The notes under the pieces: generated by a model
The model's input: the letters and a program-made list of their open reading frames with translations, nothing else
Told to the model about the DNA's origin: nothing
Databases searched by the model: none
Translations under genes and position numbers: made by a program
Part shown: one piece after another, positions 52,244 through 60,409 of the stretch
Numbering within the stretch: position 1 is the stretch's first letter
Layout of the letters: each line of letters begins with the position of its first letter
Virus record (IMG/VR): IMGVR_UViG_3300031949_000038
Location: 1-60,409 of that record
Origin: a virus
Strand: one strand, 5' to 3'
DNA length: 60,409 bases

Positions 52244-52903
52244 TTACGTTGCCGAGAATGGCGTGGCGAGGCTGCCGGAACTGATTTGCAACACCTTCAC
52301 GGTCCAGACGCCAGCCGCCGAGTCCCAGGCTTCCACCATGTCACCGCCGACCGGGCCGCCGGTGGTCGTCAGGTTGAGGGTGACAACGCGGTCGGTGGCT
52401 GTCGTCCAAAACGCCTTCGATGATCCCGCGCCCGTCGCGTCCACATTGACCGCAATGCCGCTCATGACATCGGCGGTGCTGGCGGCCGATACCACCACAG
52501 TACCTTGCGTCTGCGGGAATGCGTTGACGATGGTGAACTTTTCGCCCGTGCCACCCGCCGCCGGCAAGGTGAAAATGTTGGTCGTGCTCGATGCGTCCAG
52601 CAACACAACTCGGTCGGCGTGCTGCGTCACCGTGAGCGAAAGGGAGGTCGCCGTGGTGTGGACAACGCGCGTCGAGGCGTCGGCGACGCGGGTAATCTCA
52701 GCTGCGGTCGCCGTATTGGCGTCGCAAACCGAGTTCAATTCCGCAACCGTCGCGGTGAGGCCGGACAGATTTGCAGCGGCAGCTAGGTCTTCTGCTGTGA
52801 CTTCCGTCACAACGCCGTCCGTTCCGGTCGTCTTGAGTACGGCGCCCTTCTTGAGCAGCAAGACCTTCTCGACAATAGCGTTGGTAAATCGTCTCCAGAG
52901 CAT
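52244..52903 (-). CDS. Hypothetical virion-module protein (219 aa)
   Basis: AGGAGA RBS before ATG 52903; Thr/Ala/Val-rich. Confidence 0.55.
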   Translation of the reverse strand: MLWRRFTNAIVEKVLLLKKGAVLKTTGTDGVVTEVTAEDLAAAANLSGLTATVAELNSVCDANTATAAEITRVADASTRVVHTTATSLSLTVTQHADRVVLLDASSTTNIFTLPAAGGTGEKFTIVNAFPQTQGTVVVSAASTADVMSGIAVNVDATGAGSSKAFWTTATDRVVTLNLTTTGGPVGGDMVEAWDSAAGVWTVKVLQISSGSLATPFSAT

Positions 52904-52987
52904 GATAATTCTCCTAATTAAATGCGGTTGCCCGCTTGGTATGGGAAGACCGCCCGAAGGCGGGTGCTGCTTGCTACGTACTGCTCT

Positions 52988-53022
52988 TGTGCATGTGCCA
53001 ATGATGTGATACCATCGGCACA
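52988..53022 (+). promoter_or_regulatory. Candidate promoter/operator of the RHH-GIY-YIG cassette
   Basis: TTGTGC, 16 nt, TACCAT. Imperfect inverted repeat TGTGCCAATGAT / ACCATCGGCACA (10 of 12 positions) abuts the RHH start codon. Confidence 0.4.
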
Positions 53023-53156
53023 TGAAACGAACAAACTTTTACTTCCCTGAGGCCATGCTTCAGCGGCTCAAAAAGGCGTCCGAGAAAACAGGGATGCCAA
53101 TGTCAGAGTTCATCCGTCGGGCCGTCGATGCCGCCCTAAAGAAGCTCAAACTATGA
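53022..53156 (+). CDS. Ribbon-helix-helix (CopG/Arc-like) protein, 44 aa
   Basis: MKRTNFYFPEAMLQRLKKASEKTGMPMSEFIRRAVDAALKK is a textbook RHH pattern; not in the ORF track. Confidence 0.7.
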   Translation: MKRTNFYFPEAMLQRLKKASEKTGMPMSEFIRRAVDAALKKLKL

Positions 53157-53947
53157 GGCGCAGTGGCATCTACAAGATCGAGCACACCGCCAGCGGGCGC
53201 GTGTATGTCGGCAGCGCGGTACGCATCGAAAACAGATGGAACGAGCACAAAGCCAAACTGCGCAGAAGCGCACACGAAAACAGGCGCCTTCAAAACGCGT
53301 GGAATAAATACGGTGCCGACGCTTTCGTGTTTTCCGTTCTTGAGGTCGTCGATGACCGCAACAACCTAGTACAACGCGAGCAACACTGGATAGACACGCT
53401 CAACGCCGCCACAAGACCGAACTTCAACCTTCGTCCGAACGCCAGAACCATGCTTGGTTTTGCTCATAGCGATGAGACAAAAGAAAAACTGTCTCAAATT
53501 CAAAGCTCGCGGAAACGCGGCCCGCTTTCACTCGATCACCGCGCCATACTTTCGGAACGCGCCAAAGGCCGCAAGATGCACCCAAACACTCGCGCTGCCA
53601 TTCATGCGTCCATGACGAACAGACAATTCGGGCCTGAATTCAGCGCCAAACTGTCTGCGGCCCTCAAAGGGCTCAAGCGATCTCCAGAAACGCGCGCCAA
53701 AATATCTTTCGCAGCGAAACACAGAAGTCAGGAACACAGGGACAAACTTGCTCAAGTCGCGCTGAAAAACAATACGATTGCGAATCTAAACACACCATCA
53801 GCAACCGCAAAACGGCTAGCCTCCCTTCGTAGTCCAGAACAGCGCGCCAGGGTTTCCGCTCAATTCAAGGGCGTCCCTAAATCACCAGAGCACTTAGCAA
53901 ATATTGCGAAGACACGAACCAACAAGACGCAAATTACACCTCGCTAA
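53153..53947 (+). CDS. GIY-YIG homing endonuclease with NUMOD3-like repeats
   Basis: GIYKIEHTASGRVYVGSA...RWNEH...N core, then repeated S.E.R.K.S modules (SDETKEKLS, SPETRAKIS, SPEQRARVS, SPEHLANIA). Confidence 0.85.
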   Translation: MRRSGIYKIEHTASGRVYVGSAVRIENRWNEHKAKLRRSAHENRRLQNAWNKYGADAFVFSVLEVVDDRNNLVQREQHWIDTLNAATRPNFNLRPNARTMLGFAHSDETKEKLSQIQSSRKRGPLSLDHRAILSERAKGRKMHPNTRAAIHASMTNRQFGPEFSAKLSAALKGLKRSPETRAKISFAAKHRSQEHRDKLAQVALKNNTIANLNTPSATAKRLASLRSPEQRARVSAQFKGVPKSPEHLANIAKTRTNKTQITPR

Positions 53948-54497
53948 GTACGGACTTCAACCATTGCTTGCCCTTTTCAGAATCATTAATGCATACGAAC
54001 GGGTAGAGCAAACCTGTATGGGTCGGATATCGGTAGACATCCTCGCCGTCTACATCTTTGGTTTTTAGGTTGTCGTAGGTGGTGAGCTTCAGCCGCGCGA
54101 GCTTTTCGACGTAGCAGCGGCGCACCTGCTGCTCATGGCCGCGCACAAACCGCTGTGCGCGGCCATTCACCCAGATTTCCGGGAACGGGTTCGCGTTCTT
54201 GTCTGTGGATTCGTGGACCATGACGGTCACCATTTCGTTGGCAAAGGCCATGTCCTCCATCCACTTGGCGCTCTTGCCTTCCGGCGGCGCCACCTGGATT
54301 TGCGGCAGTTCATTGTTCTTGTCGAACTCGCGCACGCCGTCCTGGCCGACCTGCTGCTCCTGGGATTCCGTCATTTTCCGCACGGATACCGGATGAACCC
54401 TCCCTCGGTTCTTCAGCCTCTCGTCATTCGCCAGCTGCGCGGCGGTTCTCGGTTTCTTTGCGGCGTTGGAAGTCTTTCCTGCGGCGACTCTTGGCAT
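53934..54497 (-). CDS. Hypothetical head-module protein (187 aa)
   Basis: GGAGGG RBS before ATG 54497. Confidence 0.55.
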   Translation of the reverse strand: MPRVAAGKTSNAAKKPRTAAQLANDERLKNRGRVHPVSVRKMTESQEQQVGQDGVREFDKNNELPQIQVAPPEGKSAKWMEDMAFANEMVTVMVHESTDKNANPFPEIWVNGRAQRFVRGHEQQVRRCYVEKLARLKLTTYDNLKTKDVDGEDVYRYPTHTGLLYPFVCINDSEKGKQWLKSVLSEV

Positions 54498-54508
54498 ATA
54501 ACCCTCCG

Positions 54509-54538
54509 AAATAAAACGGGCCACCAGAAGGCGGCCCG
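54509..54538 (-). terminator. Intrinsic terminator inside the late operon
   Basis: CGGGCCGCC-TTCT-GGTGGCCCG then TTTTATTT on the minus strand. Confidence 0.65.
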
Positions 54539-54559
54539 CTTGATGGTGCTACGGTTGAA

Positions 54560-55042
54560 TTACGCGATCTGCGGCCGATCCGGCAATTCAGCGACATCCA
54601 CCAGAGCGGTGGTGACGCCGGTCACGCCGGTATGGTTGCTCGTACCCCACAGCCAGCCGGTCGCTTTCGCGGCTGCGTTGTCCCCCGCCTTCACGATCAC
54701 GTATGCGAAAGGCATCATCGTGTCCGGGATGAACGGGAACGCCGGGGCGTCGTCCTTGAAAGCTTCGGCGTCGTCCAGCGCCAGAATTTCGCCCTGGGCC
54801 ACCTTCAGATCACCGTTTGCCGCGAGACCCAGCACGAACACGCCGCCTTCGCTCGTGCCGAGGCGGGTAAATGCCGCCTCGGTATTCACGTCGGTCGTCA
54901 CGTTCGCGTGGTTTGTCATCGCTGCGTGCGAGATCATCTTGCTGTTGAGTTTTCCGGTAATTGCATTCGTGGTTGACAGGGTGGTTGCCCCGGAGTCCAG
55001 AACGGTTACCGGAAGGCTGAAAACTTCGGTTCTTTGAGTCAT
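54560..55042 (-). CDS. Hypothetical head protein (160 aa; decoration-type position)
   Basis: Directly downstream of the capsid gene. Confidence 0.5.
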   Translation of the reverse strand: MTQRTEVFSLPVTVLDSGATTLSTTNAITGKLNSKMISHAAMTNHANVTTDVNTEAAFTRLGTSEGGVFVLGLAANGDLKVAQGEILALDDAEAFKDDAPAFPFIPDTMMPFAYVIVKAGDNAAAKATGWLWGTSNHTGVTGVTTALVDVAELPDRPQIA

Positions 55043-55100
55043 GGTGATGCTCCTAAAAAAGGGGAAGCCCCGGCTAAGCGGGGCTATTTCTGGTTAAGGG

Positions 55101-56144
55101 TTAGATCAGATCATCCACACCCGCCTCGACCACGGCCATCCAGCCGTTGTTGGCAACGAGCACAGCGGACCAGAAGGACGCGCCGACGTAACCACGCTGG
55201 CCGAGGATGTCGTACTTGTCTTTCTGCGTGTGCGGAATGACGGACAGATTGAACGAATCCGCGCCTTTGAGCGCGATGTCGAACACGGCGTTTTCCCCGC
55301 AGATGATGAACGGGTAGACATCGATGTTCGCTGCGGCGCTTGTGGTTGCGTACAGCGCAGAGTTCGCGCCGCCGACATCCGGGTAGCTCGCCAGTTCGGA
55401 GCTGAGGATGAAGCGGAATTCCTCGCAGCTGCCGATCTCTTTCGGGCTGATCGGCTTCATGCCGGCGTATTTCGCCACCGGAACGAAGTTCGGCAGATCG
55501 CGAATGTCCGGCGCTGCATCGGTATGCACGAAGACCAGGAACGCGTCCTCGATCGCCGACGTGTCGTAGTCCGGTCCCGGCGCGATGACCTTGGTCTTCT
55601 TGCCGGCGTGGTTCGCCAGCAATGACCGTGCGGCGCGGCGTAGCACCGGGAGGCTGATCGCCTCGTCGGTCGTCGCGCGCGTCGTTCCGCCCGCATAGTG
55701 GACGTTGGTGCAAGCTTTCATCGACCCGTAGCGGATCATTTCCTGCACCAGGCCCACGCGCTTGGCGAGCAGCGACTTCATATCACCAGGGATGTCGTCT
55801 TCGTGCAGGTCGGCCGTCTTGTTCGTCCAGCCGTAGATGGCGCCATATTCCGCCAGTTGCACGTTGACGTATTGATCCGTCAGCGTTTCAGCGGCCGGCG
55901 TGACGCCTTCCTGCAGCAGGTGCGCAACCGCGGTCACGCTCCAGCGGTTGATGGTGTTGGCGTTGGTCGTGGCGCCGCCGGTCGGGATCACCCGACGGTA
56001 GCTGATGTTGTCGCCCTTGTTTTTCGGGACCGACTTCATTTCGCAACCCATGGCCAGGACCATGGTCGGCTCGGCCATTGCGAGCATTTCGCCTTTGATC
56101 TCGTTGATCCGACCGGCGGAGGTCGAGTATTGTTGGAGGGGCAT
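55101..56144 (-). CDS. Major capsid protein
   Basis: 347 aa after the scaffold gene; sequence style of HK97-fold coat proteins. Confidence 0.8.
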   Translation of the reverse strand: MPLQQYSTSAGRINEIKGEMLAMAEPTMVLAMGCEMKSVPKNKGDNISYRRVIPTGGATTNANTINRWSVTAVAHLLQEGVTPAAETLTDQYVNVQLAEYGAIYGWTNKTADLHEDDIPGDMKSLLAKRVGLVQEMIRYGSMKACTNVHYAGGTTRATTDEAISLPVLRRAARSLLANHAGKKTKVIAPGPDYDTSAIEDAFLVFVHTDAAPDIRDLPNFVPVAKYAGMKPISPKEIGSCEEFRFILSSELASYPDVGGANSALYATTSAAANIDVYPFIICGENAVFDIALKGADSFNLSVIPHTQKDKYDILGQRGYVGASFWSAVLVANNGWMAVVEAGVDDLI

Positions 56145-56156
56145 GATTGAAACTCC

Positions 56157-57107
56157 TTATTGCTGCGCGCGCCTCTTTATGCGGTTGTATCCGACTGAAA
56201 GGCCCGCTTCGTCCGGTAAGATTGACGGCCCGCCGCTGGCCGCCGTTTCCGGGGCCGCATTTGCTGCGAGTCGACGCTTGTTTTTTGCTTCCGCCGCGGC
56301 TCTCGCTGCGGCTTGATCGGCGGCCTTGGTGGCGGCCTTCTGGTGCTCGGCGTATGCATTGAGCAGACGGATCGCGTCGTCGGCAAGCTCACTGTCGGCA
56401 AGCGCCTGGATTTCAGGGGCCTGCGCGCTCTTCCACGCCTCGAAGCCATCCGTCGCAACGGTTGTCTTCCAGTCGGGGTACTTGAGCCTGACAAATGCGC
56501 GTTCTTCGGCTGCGTCGATCGCCCCAGAAATTTGTGCCTGGGTGCTCTGCGCAAGCTGCTTCTGGATGGCTTCCATGTCGATGGCCGCGGTCTGTGGACT
56601 GAGGGCCGCAAGGCGCTCGTCCATCGCTTCCGCCCATTCCGGGAAGTCTTCCTTGATCTGGTTCCACTTCTCACCGCTTGCGGCGGCGGCCTGGATCTGG
56701 CGTGCAGTCGGCGCATCGGTCCCAGCGGGTGCGGCGGCTTTCGCGGCCTCGCCTGCCTGCCTCAACGCGTCAATATGCCCTTCCAGCACCTTGATGTGCC
56801 TTTGCGCCGCGCCGACTTGGTTGGCGGTGACGCTCACTCTTTCGATGGAATCCCGGACGATCTTCGGGACACCCTCCCACGGATCGGGCGCGGCCTCTTG
56901 TGCGGCGCCTTCCTGGGCTTCCTTCTTCTCGCCTGGCTGTTCGTCGCTCCCGGGCGCCTGCTCTCCAGCGTCGTCAACGTCGGTCGGCGGCTCGATGCCG
57001 CGGGCCTTGTTGTAACCGGCATTCAGGGCCGCGCTCGCCTCCTGCGCTTCCTGGTCCGGCGTTGATTCATCAACCGTGCTTTCCTGCGCCTGTTCGCTCA
57101 CAAACAC
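56157..57107 (-). CDS. Scaffolding protein
   Basis: Acidic, Ala/Glu/Gln-rich helical protein between portal block and capsid. Start 57107 or 57101 (both GTG). Confidence 0.7.
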   Translation of the reverse strand: MFVSEQAQESTVDESTPDQEAQEASAALNAGYNKARGIEPPTDVDDAGEQAPGSDEQPGEKKEAQEGAAQEAAPDPWEGVPKIVRDSIERVSVTANQVGAAQRHIKVLEGHIDALRQAGEAAKAAAPAGTDAPTARQIQAAAASGEKWNQIKEDFPEWAEAMDERLAALSPQTAAIDMEAIQKQLAQSTQAQISGAIDAAEERAFVRLKYPDWKTTVATDGFEAWKSAQAPEIQALADSELADDAIRLLNAYAEHQKAATKAADQAAARAAAEAKNKRRLAANAAPETAASGGPSILPDEAGLSVGYNRIKRRAQQ

Positions 57108-57116
57108 CTCCGTCGA

Positions 57117-57143
57117 AATAAAAAAGGCCCACCGAAGTGGGCC
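57117..57143 (-). terminator. Intrinsic terminator upstream of the scaffold gene
   Basis: GGCCCAC-TTCG-GTGGGCC then TTTTTTATTT on the minus strand. Confidence 0.7.
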
Positions 57144-57162
57144 TCTGATTTAGGCTGGCAAC

Positions 57163-57375
57163 CTACTTGCCAGGCCCTCTTTCTTTCACGATTCTCAGCA
57201 TCTTCTTGATGCGCTTGATCTCGCCGCGCACGATCGCGGTTTCGCGTTCGCCAAGCGTCTCGCCGTCGTTGTACGCGCGGCGTTCGGCCAGCTCGACTTC
57301 CAAGTGAGCCTTGATCTTTTTCCAGGCCGACGACTCCAGTTCGTGCGGCAGCAGGACGGGTTCTTGCGAGTCCAT
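57163..57375 (-). CDS. Hypothetical protein (70 aa)
   Basis: Coupled ORF (TGATG). Confidence 0.45.
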   Translation of the reverse strand: MDSQEPVLLPHELESSAWKKIKAHLEVELAERRAYNDGETLGERETAIVRGEIKRIKKMLRIVKERGPGK

Positions 57376-57659
57376 CAATGCAACAGCCTGATGCGTTTCT
57401 GCGCCCGGCGGATGCGCTTCTTCTCGGCCGCGGCCATGGCTTCGTGGTCTACCGGCAGGAGCACGCGCTTGGCGATGTAGTACGTCGCCGTCAAGTTGTC
57501 GGTTGGCTCATGGTTGATAACGGCTTCGCCATCGACCATATGGGCGATCACATCCGGGTCTTTCACCCATTCCGGGACATCTTCAGTCTTCACCGGGTCA
57601 AAGGTTTTGCAATCGTCGTTCGACTTGTAGATAATCAACAGCCCTTGTTCCTGGCTCAC
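57375..57659 (-). CDS. Hypothetical protein (94 aa)
   Basis: GTG start in a GTGA overlap. Confidence 0.45.
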   Translation of the reverse strand: MSQEQGLLIIYKSNDDCKTFDPVKTEDVPEWVKDPDVIAHMVDGEAVINHEPTDNLTATYYIAKRVLLPVDHEAMAAAEKKRIRRAQKRIRLLH

Positions 57660-57856
57660 AGCAGCTCTCCTGTTGGTTCGTGGGTAACCGTGCCAAATGT
57701 CGGCAGATTCAGCGCCTCGCGCGCAATCCTCGCCGCGTTCGGCTCGTCGAACGATCCCGTCACCACGCCCTCCGGCCATGCCGCGATCCTGTTCAGCGCC
57801 AACTCCAGTCGATCGATGCGGTCAATCGCCTCTGTCAGCGTCGCCGGTCGGCTCAT
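57656..57856 (-). CDS. Hypothetical protein (66 aa)
   Basis: ATGA overlap with the portal stop. Confidence 0.45.
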   Translation of the reverse strand: MSRPATLTEAIDRIDRLELALNRIAAWPEGVVTGSFDEPNAARIAREALNLPTFGTVTHEPTGELL

Positions 57857-60120
57857 TGCGCGAACGCCTGTCCATCCTCGGCCCGCCCAACCGGCTCCAC
57901 CGCCGGCTGGAGCGACTTCACGGCCATATTTTCCCGACTCAATTCCTTCTGCGCATTCACCTCGATTACGGTCTTCCCGAGCGTGCCCTTGATCTTCTCC
58001 AGGTTCTGGCGCTCGGCGCTGGTCAACTCGGCCGAATTCAGGCGCTCATTGATGGCGGCCACGATTCTGTCGGTCTCGGACTCGAGCTGCGCGATGCGCT
58101 CCTTGCTGGCAATCTCCGCGGCGGTGACCTTGGCATCGGCCTCGGCGCGGATCTGCGCCACCTGTACCTGCGGCGCCGGGGCCCCGGGCTTGCTCTGCAT
58201 TTCCGTCCACGTCTTCTCGTCGTACTGCAGGCGCGTCGGGTCGATCTTCATGGCCTTCGCCGCCTCGGCGTAGACCTTGCGCGGGTCGGCGCCGTATGCC
58301 GGGTTCACGGATGCCCCGAGCAGCTGGATCATTCCTTTGTTCTGGATGTCGCGCTCGACCAGCACGCTGGAGGCGCGCGCGTCGATGACATACAGGCCCT
58401 TTTCTTCCTCATCCTCCCCGTACTGCATCAGGTAGTCGTAGTACCGGGTAACCTCCGGCTCGATCTTCTGGTCGTCAAACTGGCGCGCAATACGCCGCTT
58501 CACCACGCTCGCGTTGTTGTTGATGATCGTCATTCCGCCCACCGTGTCCGGCGCGTTCGTCGACTGCCCCTGCAACAACAACGGCTGGCCGGTGATGTCC
58601 TCGGCGAGTTTGAGCAGGAAATTGATGATCGCCAGCAATTCGGCCTGGCGGCTGTCGATCATGATCGACGTGATCGCGGCCTTGACATCGCGCATGTCGG
58701 CGTCTTCGTCGACTTCGAACACCTTTCCGCCGAACAAATCCCAGGTGCCGTCCGTCGGGCTCAGGTATTTCCTCAACACCGCCAGCATCGGCTTGGCCGA
58801 AAGCCCGGCATTCTCCATCATCGCGCGAAAACACCCGGTGATGCCCTGCTGCGCCGGCCTGATCTGCCGCGCAATGCCCTGGCCCCACGGCATTCCAGCC
58901 CTACGCCTCCACGTCAGGATATCGTAGGGGAAGGTCCCCTTGTCCATGTGGTTCAGCGCGCCGCGAATCACGCGGTCATTGACCACTGTGATCACCGCCG
59001 GCACCGCGATGTACCCCTCTTTCTCGCCGGTGCAGTCGCACCCCGCCGCCTCGGCGTCCTCGCGCTCCAGAGAGCCGTGCATCCACCAAATCTCGAACGC
59101 GCCATCCTTGTCCTGCACCTGCTTGCCGGCGTCAACGGCAAACTTCTTCGGCCCCTCCCGCAGGCACAGTTCGATCTGGCTGTCGATGTAGCCTTCCTGG
59201 CCGCGCAGGTCGGCGAGCGTTTTCTTCGTGATTTCCCCGCGCTCCCAGATAAACGAGCCCTTGTGGATGTTCTCCCCGCACGCCGGGTAGTCCGGAAACA
59301 GGTTCCAGTAGTCGACCGCTTCCGTGATCGGCTTCGTCTCTTCCTTGATCTCCAACTGTTGCACGCCGTCGACCTCGTGCCACATGTAGACCTTCTTCAA
59401 CTTCGGGATCGGACCCTTGGTGATCCCTGAGCCCACCCTGGCTGAATCGTCGATCTGGCGACGCGATGTGCCGTGCCACTGGCACTCGGTCAGCCAATCT
59501 CTGATCCGTTTCTCCGCCTTCTCCGCACACTTCTTCGCGCGCTCCATTTCCTCGTCGGCGCGGCGTCGGATGTGCCCAGCCGGGTGTGGGGCGGACATTT
59601 CCGGCGTCTGAACCATCTGGTCATCCGGAAATCCCTTGATTTGCTCCACCAGGCCAGTCAGTTCCGGTATCGGCGTCGTCCCGACACCGAACGGCCAGTC
59701 ATCCAGCGGCAATAGAATATCTGCGATTGCGGCAGCCCCCGCCTCGACATACGGGCCGGTGATGTTCGGCAACAGGATGCAGGCGTTCGGGTCCGGCCTG
59801 CCGTCATCCTTGGTGTACGTCCCGGCCGACGATGCGCTCTTGGTGTAGCGATGCCTGCTACCCTGCGCCCCCTCCTGATTCCGGTTCAGGTCGTCGATAC
59901 CGTCGAAGGCGTCCTCGTCCTCCAGCCAAATCTGCTCGATGCCAGACTGCGCGCGGCCATCGATGGCCGACTTGCGCTTGGCCAGCAACGAGACGGCCAG
60001 GGCGTCCAGACGCTGTATCCTCGTCTCCTCGTCATGCTTTTGCTGCTCGGCTTCGTCGGCGCGCTGGCGCGCGGTCTTCTTCTCCTTGACCTCGCCCGCC
60101 ATGTGCGCGACCGCTTCCAT
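57853..60120 (-). CDS. Portal protein
   Basis: 755 aa, downstream of terL and the small protein. Start at MEAVAHM (ATG 60120) in an ATGA overlap. Confidence 0.8.
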   Translation of the reverse strand: MEAVAHMAGEVKEKKTARQRADEAEQQKHDEETRIQRLDALAVSLLAKRKSAIDGRAQSGIEQIWLEDEDAFDGIDDLNRNQEGAQGSRHRYTKSASSAGTYTKDDGRPDPNACILLPNITGPYVEAGAAAIADILLPLDDWPFGVGTTPIPELTGLVEQIKGFPDDQMVQTPEMSAPHPAGHIRRRADEEMERAKKCAEKAEKRIRDWLTECQWHGTSRRQIDDSARVGSGITKGPIPKLKKVYMWHEVDGVQQLEIKEETKPITEAVDYWNLFPDYPACGENIHKGSFIWERGEITKKTLADLRGQEGYIDSQIELCLREGPKKFAVDAGKQVQDKDGAFEIWWMHGSLEREDAEAAGCDCTGEKEGYIAVPAVITVVNDRVIRGALNHMDKGTFPYDILTWRRRAGMPWGQGIARQIRPAQQGITGCFRAMMENAGLSAKPMLAVLRKYLSPTDGTWDLFGGKVFEVDEDADMRDVKAAITSIMIDSRQAELLAIINFLLKLAEDITGQPLLLQGQSTNAPDTVGGMTIINNNASVVKRRIARQFDDQKIEPEVTRYYDYLMQYGEDEEEKGLYVIDARASSVLVERDIQNKGMIQLLGASVNPAYGADPRKVYAEAAKAMKIDPTRLQYDEKTWTEMQSKPGAPAPQVQVAQIRAEADAKVTAAEIASKERIAQLESETDRIVAAINERLNSAELTSAERQNLEKIKGTLGKTVIEVNAQKELSRENMAVKSLQPAVEPVGRAEDGQAFAQ

Positions 60121-60409
60121 CAGTCGCCGACCTTCGGCCCCTTGCCCTTCTTGTAGCCGCGCCGCAGTTGGTCGTCGGCCTCTTCGTCCTGCTGGCTGAT
60201 CGCCAACTTGGTAATCTGGATGGTGATTGAGCGGTCCTTTGACTTCTCGCCGGCAGACTGCGCCACACGCGTTACCTTCCCGACCGCATGGATGCTGCAT
60301 TCTGTCGTCGCGTCCGGCAGCTCGCTGATGCCAAGCTTTTTGATGGCCGCTTCGTCCAGGTTGATTTCCAGCCCCCACGGATAGTCCGGCCCGGACGGAC
60401 TCCCCACCG
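60120..60409 (-). CDS. 3' portion of the 116-aa small head-module protein (5' part at 1..188; 60283..60409 duplicates 1..127)
   Basis: Frame identical through the repeat: ...GPDYPWGLEINLDEAAIKKLGISELPD... Confidence 0.6.
   Translation of the reverse strand, partial: VGSPSGPDYPWGLEINLDEAAIKKLGISELPDATTECSIHAVGKVTRVAQSAGEKSKDRSITIQITKLAISQQDEEADDQLRRGYKKGKGPKVGD
60283..60409. repeat. Terminal direct repeat copy B (identical to 1..127)
   Basis: Same 127-nt string as the window start. Confidence 0.97.

Noticed and set aside
57697-59430. 577-aa plus-strand ORF antisense to the portal gene (and the similar 38708..39850 and 32749..33492 ORFs inside the giant gene)
   Set aside because: Arg/Leu/Gly/Pro-rich shadow frames lying fully inside well-supported genes.

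Overview
The window is one complete, circularly closed phage genome. It has about 60,282 unique bp, and bases 1-127 are identical to bases 60283-60409. GC content is high and the genes are very tightly packed. The layout is lambdoid.

A divergent Cro-like / CI-like immunity switch with repeated 12-bp operators sits at about 16.2-16.7 kb.

The minus strand carries the lytic programme in this order: Cro-like gene, then replication genes (Zn-finger proteins, C5 DNA methyltransferase, ParB-like protein, SF2 helicase, Toprim primase, DUF1376-like). Next come the nin-like genes (Gp37/Gp68, NinB, Ref-like HNH, DUF1064). These are followed by a Q-like antiterminator with a consensus late promoter and tR', an ORF-free 0.67-kb leader, and a tRNA(CAU). 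The lysis cassette follows (holin, lipoprotein, GH19 endolysin, Rz with embedded Rz1), then terS, terL, portal, scaffold and capsid. The operon ends with tail genes, internal virion proteins and a 3393-aa multidomain giant protein.

The plus strand carries the CI-like repressor followed by a PL-like early operon. That operon holds a protein with a 40-unit 12-bp tandem repeat, many micro-ORFs, RecT, and a YqaJ-type exonuclease fusion. It also holds an intact IS1595-type insertion carrying a methyltransferase-like passenger, a lower-GC block of Cys-rich small genes, excisionase-like genes, and a tyrosine integrase. Next to the integrase is an attP that contains the 3' part of tRNA-His.

From memory, the overall architecture (podovirus-like tail genes, giant virion protein, temperate module) resembles the Bcep22-like Burkholderia podophages. 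I could not run any search to confirm this.

The items most worth a second look are:
- the (V-x-S-Q)40 repeat with one hypervariable codon
- the ORF-free late leader and its initiator-like tRNA
- a methyltransferase + glycosyltransferase pair inside the virion module
- an RHH + GIY-YIG cassette on the opposite strand inside the structural operon
- the domain content of the giant protein

All family names come from motif recognition by eye, and all coordinates are hand-derived.
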